A stretch of DNA of 64,000 bases from Rhodosorus marinus CCMP1338 (Eukaryota > Plantae > Rhodophyta), in assembly GCA_029953675.1 (NCBI GenBank), contig JAMWBK010000004.1, positions 2,356,001-2,420,000 of the forward strand. Direction: 5' to 3'. The translations under genes and the position numbers were made by a program. How positions within the stretch are numbered: position 1 is the first letter of the stretch; the number at the start of each line of letters is the position of its first letter. The notes under the pieces are model-generated. The model was given only the letters and a program-made list of their open reading frames with translations. It had not been told where the DNA came from and did no database searches. Shown here one piece after another: positions 47,240 to 58,576 of this stretch.

Positions 47240-50139
47240 GCTGGTCAACCTTTCCCCTTTACAAAATCAGCAACCGCAACCCACCACCACACCCCACCCC
47301 ACACCACACCGCCGCCCTAACGCACAAGGTCTTCACACTGCACAAGACAACAGCCCCCTCATCACTACAACCTCCCCACACGAATCCGCCCCCGACCATC
47401 AATATAGTACAAACGCAGGGCACATCCTATGGGGATGCCCCATATCTTCCTGAAACTGCCCAAGAGGGAATAATTCGTCATTCGTAGTCAACCGGGACCC
47501 GAAACATGTTTCCAAATATCATCACCCCCCCCCTAAATCATCAATGTGAAGCCAGACATATAAGCTCAGTTTTTATTCTGTATTCACTATATAGCCAATT
47601 GTTAATATTTTTACCTACTCCTTGGCAAGAAAATCTCATGATAAAATCGATTAGAAAGCTTCTTTAGAAAATAAAGGTTGTCTATGCTCTATCTAGCTCT
47701 CACCGCCCCCCCGACCCAAGCTCACACACCCCCCAGCGGGCTGCCTTTCCAAATGAAACCCTACGTGGAGAAGGGAACACGACATTTTGAGCAGAAGAAG
47801 GTTGCAGAGGGGGAAGAGGAAGGGAGACTTAGAACATTGAAAAATAGTATAAAATGGTTCTATCGTTCGAATTTTAAAGAGGAAAAGAATCGTGTAGCTT
47901 GATCAAGGATATTCACATGTCGTTGGGTTTTCTACCCCCGAAGAGAAAAACATCGTTTCTTTGCGAACCGATGTCGCGAAAAAAAATGTGCGTACGGAGA
48001 CAGAATCGACCATATTTATTCATTTATACATATATTTATTGTCGTTGGGTTGGTTGTACGAACCCCTTGCCAACGAAAAGGGTTTCTGCTACCGAAAAGT
48101 GTATACAATAACCCCATGCAGCAGTTAGCTGTTGGAAGGGAAACAGAAGGGAGCGTACTAATTTCCTATCCGACATTTCTTCAGTCATATAAAAAGCTTC
48201 AGAGGGGTAGGGGAAGCTTTGGCGATTGGGATCAAACCACGATTTATCTTATTTTTGAACGAAAAATGATATATGTAGTTGGAAGACTCAGTTCTCCGCT
48301 TTCAGATAGATGAAAGGGGGGGGGGTTGTGTGGGGGGGTTGACATGGCCGAATAAATCTCTGCATTGTTACTGGTCGAATAGTCTCTGTTAAATAATTAA
48401 AATGCAAAACTGTTTTCATGTCCTATCCTATTTATTTGAAAAGACATAATTTTTACATCAGCACTCCATTCTTAGCTCTTATTAGGCGAAATCATTAGAA
48501 CATTTCATGTATTCAATTTCCGCTGACGTTTAGGATGATCCAAAAAACAAAACAAAAAAACAACGACAGAAAAAAAATTTGGAAGCAGATTTGTCTGATT
48601 CAACGTACGTAAGTGGGTATGGAACGATTGTGAATTCTACTAGAAAATAAATGATGGGCTTTATAACGTGGAGATGAATCCCAAGCAAGCTTTTTTTTGT
48701 TTTGGAAGAAGACAAATTTACTTTTTGGTATCCGCCCCTCAAGTGATTGGGTTATATCCAAAATTCGTTGAAAAAATATCTCTGCTTTTTGTTCGACAAA
48801 GAGGAAAGGAAGGAAGAGGGGGGGGGGGGAAACTTGAGAAGCGATAGGATGTTTATCAACGATTCCTCCATACCAGAAATTTGAGGAGCGATGGTGCATG
48901 GAATTGGGATCCATTTGGTTGGCTGCGGTACGTCGTCAATGGCTGGGGCGAGAAGTGCGCAAAGTGAGCTGTATTTGAGTCCATTCGAGGGTAAAAACGC
49001 TACACACCCCGTGAGCAGAAACAACTGCTGGCCTCCATATATAACCAGACTCAAGCTGGCTTTAGTAGGCGCGAATTAAGAATTTCCTGGGACTGGATCT
49101 TGGGGTTTTTTTCCGGTGCTTTGTGGGGTAGGAAACTGGTTCTCTCACGACCACACCGTATTTAGATCTCGCTAGTACGATGGTGTTGCACGGAGGTCCT
49201 GCACTGTTAGTATGAGGATTCTCCGAAGTTTAACGGAGACAAGTGCTGGCTTCGTTTGTAGTTAGAGGGAGGGGGAGTTCCTTTTCGAGACTGTTGGTCG
49301 TCTCGCGGCAGCGTTCAGCGAGTTGGAGCTTGAGTAAGAGTACCACTGGATGCACAGAAATGCGCTCGAGTGGTGTCTCCAAGCCCTGGTGCAACGAAAT
49401 TAATATGATCATCGTAGAGAATTGGGGGGGGGAGTGATGGGGTAAAGGGATGAGCTAGAACATTGCGGCTAAGGTTGGACTTCCACCATGGACGCAAGAA
49501 TAGGATAGCAACACAGAAAACGACAATCTAGTTGCCCGTTAGCATGCTATTGGGCGAATTCAGCGGGCCATACAAAAACAACAGAGGAACGCCTTTATTG
49601 TGCTCGGGGCATCTTGTTCCCCGGTCTCGCGGTACGATACGATAGGGGCACCGGATGACAATTCCATGCCAACTGCTGTCGCCCTTAGGGAACCGCGAAT
49701 AAGTGGATAATCAAACGTCTTAAGGCACGGAACATGAATACGGGGGCTGAACAGTTGACGCCAAAATTATCTGCGGTTTCACATGGATTGGCACCAGCAC
49801 TGGATGGACCGATTTTCCCTTGCAGGAACATGCCTCGCTTTAGGAAATAGATTAAAGGCATAGCGCAGCGGACACCTTCCCGCAACCAGTTCAGCCTTAA
49901 ATTCGCACCTCGGTAAGCCAAATTGTCAGGTCTGAGACGTAGTTGGACGCACTTTCAACCATTCGACGCATTGAGCCCCCAAGCCCTGAGAACAGCTCTC
50001 CCGTCCCCGGATTGCGACGTCCACTTGCGTTCATAACAATCTTGGCGCGGCGTGAAGCAACCAGCGTCTACCGCCTTGTATCAACCGTGGGAAACACAGC
50101 AAGGTTGCGGCTGCGATAAATTCCATGCCTCAACGTATG

Positions 50140-52767
50140 TCATCTCCCTCTCCTCTGTTGCGCAAGCTTTTCGACTCTCGCAGCTATCTCCTTCTGTTGC
50201 CCTTCAATAAAATATATCCAGGACGCCCTGACGCTTTCGTCAAGTCCTTCATTGGCTTTGACTTCCTCCAGTTTCCGTCGTGCCCTCGCCCGAGAACGAT
50301 TTAGGGCTTCCCTTTCCCGTGCCTTGAGGGTGAGCAAGTCCCAGTGGTCACCTACAACTGTAAGGGGCGAACTAGAATCATACTCGCTTACAATTTGAGC
50401 CTTGGATCCAGCGTTTCCCTCCTCGATACTCCTCTGAAAGCTTGCCGCGGCTGACTCCAATAATAGGACCAGGGCGACGTTTCCGAAGATTACTACATCG
50501 ATCATTTGCGCCCCAGAAAGTCTACAAGAGCGTAGCAAGCTCTGTCTCAAACTCCGCGCTTTCTCGATGCCGACGTCTGCGCTAGAGGTCAAACCTGAGA
50601 CCGCGACTTCTACTAATTTGATTTGCTCAGGGGGGATCTTTGCTCCTTTCTTCGTCTCCGCTGTATTGCTGGCAGAGGTCCGCAAATCTACAGGCAAATG
50701 CCTGTACAAACCATCCTCGTCTGAAGATGCCTCCTGATCCTTTTCGAGCCAATTCGCCTCATCGACCTTGATTCCGGCCGCCTTTGATCTGGTCCGTTTC
50801 GACGGCGGCTCGGCGCATTTTTCTAATTGCACCTTACTTCGTGTTGTGCGAGTGGCCTCGGGCTCTCGAGCTATCTTGTCTCTCATCTTTGACAGTGGCA
50901 TATCATCGTCTGAAGTCTCCGCTGTACGTGATTTAGTAGCTGTTGGTGTGTTTCTAGTGGCGGGTGCTACCGATCCGCTCTCAACCACCTCTTCGGTCTC
51001 ATTGAATACTTTCGGCCGCTGTGCCGATGGAGATTTATTCAAAATCTTCTTCTCAGCTTGGGAGGCACTGCCAACACCTGCAATGTCCTGCGCGATCTCA
51101 CCCCTATTCTTGGGCACCTCGGCCTCCTTTGGTTTCTTCTCATTGTCCTGTGCCTCCGTAGATATTCTCCTCTTCCGTTCTACGAACTCAACCAAGCACC
51201 TTCCTGAATCTTCATCAAGAGCTTGGAGAGCTAACAGCTTCGCGTCCACCAGTGCAATACTCTCCGGGGAACCTTTGGTTGCTCCGAAACGTGCTGATTC
51301 TCTGGCATTCGCCTTCGGCCGTTTTGGAGTACTCTCCGTCTCCTCTTCATCTGGAAGCGAGCGCTTTCGGCGAAACTCCGATGGGTACTTCTTCTCCCCT
51401 GATGGACCATTGGCGGAAGAGTTTTCACGCCTGGGCGAGCCTGGGGACAGATTCTTAGTAGCGGAACCGACGTCAGCTTGCCTCTTGGCGTTGGCAGCAA
51501 TGTCGGGTGATTTAAGCCGATTGCTAGACCGCACGTTTCGCCTTGGAGCAATAGGCTCTCTCTCAGCTTCCCTTCTGTCCAAAGGCGTTCCCGTACTTTG
51601 CCGCTGAGATCTCCGTCTTGTTGGTGATGCTGGTTCTGATCTTCTCCTAGGTGGTGAATACGCCCCCGGTCCTCTTCTAGTTGGTGACCTCGTCTCTGAC
51701 ACTCGTCTTGCTGGTGACCTGAGCCCTGATCTTCTCCTAGGTGGTGAATACGCGCCGGATCCTCGTCTAGGCGGTGACCTGAGCTCTGATCCTCGTCTAG
51801 GTTGTGACCTGAGCTCTGGTCCTCGCCTTGGTGGTGATCTCGGCTCTAATCCTCGTCTAGGAGGTGACCTGGGCTCCAATCCTCGTCTAGATAGTGACCT
51901 GGGCTCCAATCCTCGTCTAGATGGTGGCAGCGGCTCGGATCTTCTTCTCCTTGGTGAGGCTCTCCTAGGGGGTGAGCTGGCGATTGGTCCTCTTCGAGGG
52001 GGCGACATCTCTTCTTTCACTTCTTGTGATCTACTGTCACGATTTCTCGCCCTAGTGGGAGGTTGCCGCGGCTTTCCACCTTTTTCGGACGTCGAACGCC
52101 TGGGATGTCGATTCGAAGTACCCGCTAGTGCAGTGTGGTACTGTTGATCGCCACCGGATCGTCCGGAATTTGTGTCATTTGGCCCATGCCGGGGAGTCTG
52201 GGATCGAAGCGTGCGCTCGACATTCTTTCTTCGGGACAGCTTTGGACTGTGATGGCTGGGAGCACCTCGCCCGAGCAAAGGATCCGAGATCACAGGACTT
52301 TTCGATTGTATGTTCATGGCGGGCTTTCTCCTGGGGTCCAGCGTTCCATGGCTTCCGCGTCGAGCAGCCGCATCCAAACGACCGCGGGGAAGGTTGCTGT
52401 GAAACTCCGCGTGAGCAAGGGTTTTGCTACTAAAGTCCGGGCCTTTGGGCTTTGGAGTATCGCGATCATGCTGGGCCTGCCCCGTCCTCTGCTCATACTC
52501 GTCCGTGGACGTCCGTGGGTCTTTCCCATTTAAAGTTGGCTGGGCTTGTCTCTCCCCTACAGCACCTCCGATGCCCCTATTTGCAGCAATAAGACCACGA
52601 ATGTACTCTCCTCTTCTAGTACTAGAACGTTCCTTCCCATCTCCAGGCTGGACTGGCCTCGATGGGTAGCTCTGCCCAGGGCCACGATAAAGGACCCCGC
52701 CCCGTCCTCCAGACTGCAAAGTCTGCTCTCGCTTCTGGGCAGGCACTGGCTTTTCGCGTGGGTCCAT
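50140..52767 (-). CDS. 875-aa Arg/Ser/Pro-rich protein with SPxRR decamer array, function unknown, intronless
   Basis: Long uninterrupted ORF with a C/A-rich (antisense) leader upstream, a disordered N-terminal part, and a likely folded C-terminal ~150 aa. Confidence 0.7.
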   Translation of the reverse strand: MDPREKPVPAQKREQTLQSGGRGGVLYRGPGQSYPSRPVQPGDGKERSSTRRGEYIRGLIAANRGIGGAVGERQAQPTLNGKDPRTSTDEYEQRTGQAQHDRDTPKPKGPDFSSKTLAHAEFHSNLPRGRLDAAARRGSHGTLDPRRKPAMNIQSKSPVISDPLLGRGAPSHHSPKLSRRKNVERTLRSQTPRHGPNDTNSGRSGGDQQYHTALAGTSNRHPRRSTSEKGGKPRQPPTRARNRDSRSQEVKEEMSPPRRGPIASSPPRRASPRRRRSEPLPPSRRGLEPRSLSRRGLEPRSPPRRGLEPRSPPRRGPELRSQPRRGSELRSPPRRGSGAYSPPRRRSGLRSPARRVSETRSPTRRGPGAYSPPRRRSEPASPTRRRSQRQSTGTPLDRREAEREPIAPRRNVRSSNRLKSPDIAANAKRQADVGSATKNLSPGSPRRENSSANGPSGEKKYPSEFRRKRSLPDEEETESTPKRPKANARESARFGATKGSPESIALVDAKLLALQALDEDSGRCLVEFVERKRRISTEAQDNEKKPKEAEVPKNRGEIAQDIAGVGSASQAEKKILNKSPSAQRPKVFNETEEVVESGSVAPATRNTPTATKSRTAETSDDDMPLSKMRDKIAREPEATRTTRSKVQLEKCAEPPSKRTRSKAAGIKVDEANWLEKDQEASSDEDGLYRHLPVDLRTSASNTAETKKGAKIPPEQIKLVEVAVSGLTSSADVGIEKARSLRQSLLRSCRLSGAQMIDVVIFGNVALVLLLESAAASFQRSIEEGNAGSKAQIVSEYDSSSPLTVVGDHWDLLTLKAREREALNRSRARARRKLEEVKANEGLDESVRASWIYFIEGQQKEIAARVEKLAQQRRGR
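51598..51927 (-). repeat. 30-bp coding minisatellite x11 (SPPRRGLEPR-type)
   Basis: Eleven consecutive 10-aa units, with a 90-bp higher-order repeat (ctgatcttctcctaggtggtgaatacgc at 51636 and 51726). Confidence 0.95.
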
Positions 52768-54732
52768 CAGTTGATGATAATCTATTTACATCTGCAAAAC
52801 CATCCCGCGAGCAGTTCGTCGAACTTCCACCCAGGGAGAGCGTATCAACACAATCAAATAGCTCCCCACGGTTGATGCATACCATCGTCACGAGCTACCT
52901 CAGCAGCTGCTTCCATAGATTTACCCTCAAGAACGCGCTCCTTTTTGACCCGCATTGATGTAAAACCCAGTGAGCATTCACCAAACAGCAAGAAGAGAAG
53001 CAAGCTCCTTGTACCCCGTCAGTCGAGACCCTCTTCCAACCAAGCCTGCAATCCAGACAGACTTCCTAAGCTGTTCCAAATATATTTCTTTCTTTCACAA
53101 ACGACTTCTCATATCGCCAGCCAACAACCGTCAATAACTTTTGTGTTCAACAAAAAACCAAACGTCTTCGTGCGGGTGTTGTTCTCGCTAGTCCAGCCTC
53201 CAACCAATTAATCAAACACAAGATGACGCCGAAATCACTGGCATCCTTTCTTCTCTTGAGCGATTGCTTATGGACGATTCTACCTCACCTTCAAAGGAAT
53301 TCAACTCACATTCCTATCCGCACCGAGCCCCACCCCGGACACTGCCATTCGGAAAAGTGGTTTTAACGGGAATCTTTGGCGTTGGCTTTTCCGGACAAAA
53401 CTGAGAGGCGGTTTGCTTAGTTCAGAGGGGAGTCTCATGGATGGGGACGAGGGTCTGCATTAAGAGCAGAGCGCTCTCTGATCGGGAGCTCGGAAACTTC
53501 CACAGAGTGTGATCTTCACATCCGTGTGAATGGTTTTCATGAGAAACCTTCCCCCGGCTTTTCCCCACATAAGGAAGAGGCGGTTTTCAGAGATCAGGGT
53601 GAAACCGATCAGAGCGCAGGCCCCCCTCTGATCGTGAGCCAGAAATCTCCAGTGAACGTGTTTCCAGGAGTGACTGGTCGAAATAAGGTCGACCAGGACA
53701 ATGAGTGGTTTGATTCAAATTCATGCATGTTTTTGTCATTTGTGCGGGCGGGTTTCGAGCTTCAACCATACAGCCTACTTAGGCCACCTCGGGGAGTGAA
53801 GAGTGAGGTGAGGATAGGGTTGAGCTGACCAGAGGAACAAAAATAGAGTCTATTTCAAGCTGTAGCAATATCTCTACGTCTCCGATAGACAGAGACCCTT
53901 GCATCACTTACTCCGGCGAACGTAAGTAGTCCCTGGGGTTGGAAGCTCGAAGCCTGCTGTGGGAGCGCGCAGGAGTGGAGAGCTCTCACCGGAGTTGTAT
54001 CAGAGCAGCGAACTCTCAGAACTGAGCCCTCTTACAGCGAGAGAATGCGATCCTTTGATGCACTGCGTTGCGTTGAGATCCGGGTCTGGTTTATGCGAAA
54101 GGATTGGTCTGCTTCATCCATAAGTTTGCCCAGTACGAGTTGATCATCGAATGAATTCCGATGTCGGGGAATTAGGTCTGCAAAGATTTGTACGGAGGCG
54201 TACCTGATTGATGGATTACGTCTTCACATCCACTCAGCTGTGCCATAAATATCATGGTTATCAGTCCGATGGGCTCCTCACGTTTGGGAATTCAGCCCAT
54301 GAGCTTCTGTGGGAGGACTGGCTTTTAAAGCTTTGGGGATGGAATTCTATAAGGATGAGTTACTTTTTGAATGATCGCGTTTTCTCATACTGTCGCTGGA
54401 TTCTAGCCAGTTAAAGGATTGTGTCTTCCTCACTTTTTCAGTTGTTACCATCACCCCCTCTACGTGACTCACTGTCTCTGATGGGAATGGGTGTATCAAG
54501 CTGGGATTTCTCCATTGTATTCTAGTTTGGGTATTGAAGGAACAAAATTCTTGCAGATGCGCTCAGATGGAATATCTGTGAAGCTACATTCTTCTCTGAA
54601 GTTTTTCCTCTATGCCATTGCTTGGGAGGAACTTGTTTGTCACAGGAGCCTGGACACCCCAAGCCCGACGAACTCTTGCTTGTTTACGCACACCGTTTTA
54701 TTGAATTTGGTTGTTAACAACTGGCAGACAGT

Positions 54733-55620
54733 TTATAAGGTTACAGGAATATGAACTTCGTTAGTCTTCATAAAGGGAAGACAGAAGGGCGGGTTGTAGC
54801 CGGCCATTGTCCACTTGGAGGCATCCGCCTGAATGTGCATTTCTTCGAGCTTCTTGTTCAGCTCCTCCATCTTTGCCCGTGAGCTCTCAGTGCTGAGGTT
54901 TCCGCTGAAAACAATGACGGCTTCAACTCGCTCAGGCATCTCCGAGAGCTGAACCCTTGAGTCCGTAGGAGCAGGAGCTGTTTCGATAGTGTACTTGGCT
55001 GGGAGAAGGAATGACATGGTTCTTGCCCTGTTGATTGAGAATACGGTGAGTGATATTGATTAGAAAGAGAGCGCAATCAACCGTAAGGGCCATGATAGAC
55101 AAAAACAAAACACTTACTTGGACTCGTCCATCAATACTGGCGCCGTCATATCAACTGCTTCCGCACTCCGCTCGGTCTTGTCCGTCATCATCACAGGTCC
55201 AGTCATCGCAATTTTCTCGCTCTGCCTCGCGGTCGCTTCCATGATCACCGGTCCTGTCATTGCAATCTTCTCGCCCTTTGCCTCTTGGTTGGGTTCCATC
55301 AGAACAGGTGCGGTCATATCAACTCCAGACTTTCCGACGTTCTCAGGCTTGCTGAAAACTCCAATATACCGCGCCAGGATACCAAACGCAATGCCCTCAA
55401 ACTTCTTCCCCTTCACATCGCCGAGACTAGACGCAGACACTGTCGCAGCTACCTGAGACGGGTACCTCCGAATCTCAATACCATTCTCCTGCTTCAGCAC
55501 TTCGTGTTTCGGAGTCTCCACATCAATTCTTCCAAAAACTATACCCATGCTTGTATTATTCACTAAGACGACCAATCCTACCAACGCACCCACTCCGATC
55601 AGTACCGTCTTGATCTTCAT
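54733..55620 (-). CDS. SOUL/HBP heme-binding protein, 2 exons
   Basis: Intron 55028-55117. ETPK...EIRRYP, AFGILARYIG, four MT(A/G)PV motifs, MSFLLP, FSG, YNPPF...TNEVHIP. Confidence 0.93.
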
Positions 55621-57613
55621 TCAGCTTGTTTATATCCTTTCGATGCCTCCACACAAAGTACGAAGGAGCGTTGATTTCAACCTTTGGCCCTGTTCTTGTT
55701 CACTGCCTTCCACTAAATCCTCCTAGCCACGATACAAACCTTCTAATCAACTCCTCACCGCGTCCTCCTTTTAATCGTCACCCCTATGTTCTTTTGCCAT
55801 TTCCAGTTGCAATAGTTCTCGACCGCAAAACAATGTCTGGCGGAACTCTAGTGATCGCATTCGGTTTCTGGAAGGCGCGGAAGCTACTACTAGAAGATGA
55901 ATCAAAGGTATAATGAGGATGGACTGTATGCACTCGGTTAGCTAGTGGTGTGGATAGCTTATCTTCTGTTCTGGGCACTGCGCTTCGTTGTCCATATTCC
56001 GCGCTCCGGTGAACAAGAATGTAGCCAAACTTCGGGGACAAAACCGAGAGGGCAGATTGCTGATGTAGAAAGTTACGTGATCACGATTTACGTAGGAAGA
56101 CAGTGGCTCAGGCTTGTAATGAGGTTAGCGAGCAGGCTAGTCTATTCAACCGTCATCGCTTCCCCGCTCCTTGGGATGCGGCAGTGAGCATGCCGCGCGG
56201 CAGCGTCATCGAATCGGGGAGCCAAAAAACCGAATAGATTCCCAGCTGTATGCTTTTCAACCTGCTTCGCGAATCTATCTCCATGCTTCCTTTCGCTCGG
56301 GAAACACGCCGTGGTGTTCCGATCCAATCCAAAGTCTAGGGGACAGAGGGAGGGAGTGGGGTTGTCCAACTTCGCCGATTCGGATTGATACGTTTTCGAT
56401 GCTGTGAATTAGACACAGAGAGCCTGCGACTGTCAGGATCGATACAAAGATGATTCCCTCCGTTCATGAAGTTAGAAGGGAAAAATACTTCAGTGCCTTC
56501 ACTGCTTCACTCTCAGCTCAACCCAACTAAAACTAGCGACCCTCAATTTGCTTCAGGGTTAATTTTATATACATTCCTATTGGCCAAGAAAGAGCTCCTG
56601 TCAGCCACCCATTGAAACCTTTGAGGCAATCCCATCCCCTACTGAATGCATAGTTTTATACGATAAATGCAGCCAATAGAAGAGTGATTTTGCAAACTTA
56701 CTGGAATAAAGAGTCATAAAGCCTTTTAATTGGTTATTGATACCGTAATTAAGATTCACACTAGTTGATTTATCGATGTTAGTATTCTTAGTATTCGCTA
56801 CTATTTACTATTGTGTACTAAGTAATTGATTGATCCTCTGTACATCCGTCCAGGGCGTGACATGGAAGGTTCAGTTGAGGCCGGGGGGATGCCAGTGAGG
56901 GTATGGGCCTTGCAGAGTGGAGAAATCTAAGGTAATTTAACTGTATTTAGACCTTGATTTACTTGGATCGAACGGCAGGTGGGTTTGTGTACCCGAACGG
57001 AACCCATGGCCACAAACTTTTGGGCGAAATCTCGATTTGCTTTGTTTATTCATTGTCTGTGTCGACCTGCTTCGACGCCTGGAAAGGGATGCACGCGTTC
57101 AGTTGCGATCTAATTCCCCGTCCTCTCTGTGATCTATGGGTGCATCATAAAAGCGATCCGCGCAGCAAGAGTCACCCTCGGCTGTGGCCAAAGGAAAAAA
57201 AACAGCCGGGGGAAGCTCCCAAAAGCCTTTTCTCATCAATGCAATCAGGCCCGAAGCCTCTCACTCCTCGACAAAACGTAGTGAGCCGAGAAAAAAATGT
57301 CACGCCAAAAAAAGAACACCAGATCAACCGAACATCGTTTCACCCCAACTTGAAACTATGGTGTGGCTCACGCAACAAAAAAATCATAGTGGTTGCTCTT
57401 CTTGTCGCAGTTGCAGAGGACCGCATTGAAGTCTAAATCACAATGACCGTTAGGCACTGATCAACGGATAACACGTTTATTGAAATCCCAGATGGCATCT
57501 CTCCATGTGTGCGTGATCGGCTATTTGAGGGCATCTCCTCGCCGCAGAAGCTCCCTGCTCGGGGGAAAGGGCATGAGAGTGCTGAGGACTGCGGTTCAAA
57601 CAAAATATCTGAA

Positions 57614-58576
57614 ATGAACATGGGATTTGTTGCTGGAAGTCCGAGAGTCGGTAGTGGAGCAGGGCCTCGTCGATCTTCAATATGTGGGTTGGTGAAGGAG
57701 GTCCAGGGAAGTACCCCGTACACACTTTGCTCGAGTGGCTACAATGTTGACGTTGCGCTTCTACTGATCCATCCCATCGGAGTGGGGCTGAGCAGAAGGT
57801 ATTGGAGGAAGTTTCTCGGTGACTATGACGGAGCAACATCGACTGTCGATGTTTATGCGCCGGATTTGATCGGATGCGGCGAAAATAAGAAGGCTAAAGG
57901 GAGGATTTCTCTTGATATGATCTGTGATGATCTTGAAACATTCATAGAGGAGGAGATCAAGAAACCTGTCATACTCTTGTCAGAGGGTGCACTGGCTGGA
58001 GCGACAATTGAGCTCGCTGCGCGTTTAGAAGGCAGAGGACTTCGCGGAGTAATTCTGAGCACACCTCCGGCGATACAGTTTTTCTCCATCGGCGTCAACA
58101 AAGCGATTGCCACAGCGTCTTGGACATTCTTTTCATCTCCATTAGGCGTGTTGCTATTCTACTATGTTCGGCGAAGAGAGTTCCTCAAAAATTTTACGGA
58201 GAAAAATCTATTTACTGGGAAGGCAGACGAAGACTGGCTTGATGATCTCGAGGGTGACGCCAAGGACATCAGAGGAAGATGGGCTGTATTCTCGTTTCTC
58301 GCCAGCGAATGGAGAAAAGACTTTCGCCCAAAAATGGCCCAAATTGAGAGCCCAACACTGATGATTCTTGGCGACCAGATCAAAATAATTTCGAATTCCA
58401 CGTTCCAGGATTCTGTGGAAAAGAGATTCGACAATTACGGCGAGTACATTTCCAATTTGGAACGTAAGGTTATTCCCGGAGCAAACACTCTGACCTATGA
58501 GAATTCACAGAGCGTTGCCGTGGAAGTGAAGCGTTTCGCTGGTGAAATTGCGACTCGATCAGCTGCTGGTTGCTAG
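57614..58576 (+). CDS. Plastid-targeted alpha/beta-fold hydrolase of cyanobacterial type, intronless
   Basis: MGFV transit peptide; LLIHPIGVGLSRRYW, YAPDLIGCGE, AVFSFLA, PTLMILG, PGANTLTYE. No GxSxG motif. Confidence 0.8.
   Translation: MNMGFVAGSPRVGSGAGPRRSSICGLVKEVQGSTPYTLCSSGYNVDVALLLIHPIGVGLSRRYWRKFLGDYDGATSTVDVYAPDLIGCGENKKAKGRISLDMICDDLETFIEEEIKKPVILLSEGALAGATIELAARLEGRGLRGVILSTPPAIQFFSIGVNKAIATASWTFFSSPLGVLLFYYVRRREFLKNFTEKNLFTGKADEDWLDDLEGDAKDIRGRWAVFSFLASEWRKDFRPKMAQIESPTLMILGDQIKIISNSTFQDSVEKRFDNYGEYISNLERKVIPGANTLTYENSQSVAVEVKRFAGEIATRSAAGC

Noticed and set aside
47300-50100. Degenerate retroelement pol downstream of the 875-aa ORF
   Set aside because: No RT (YxDD), endonuclease, integrase or poly(A)/TSD signature was found in any frame I read.
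50768-51607. 279-aa + strand ORF, and similar antisense ORFs (46245-46685, 4817-5134, 13804-14412)
   Set aside because: These are codon-register shadows of real genes on the opposite strand, with no independent motifs.
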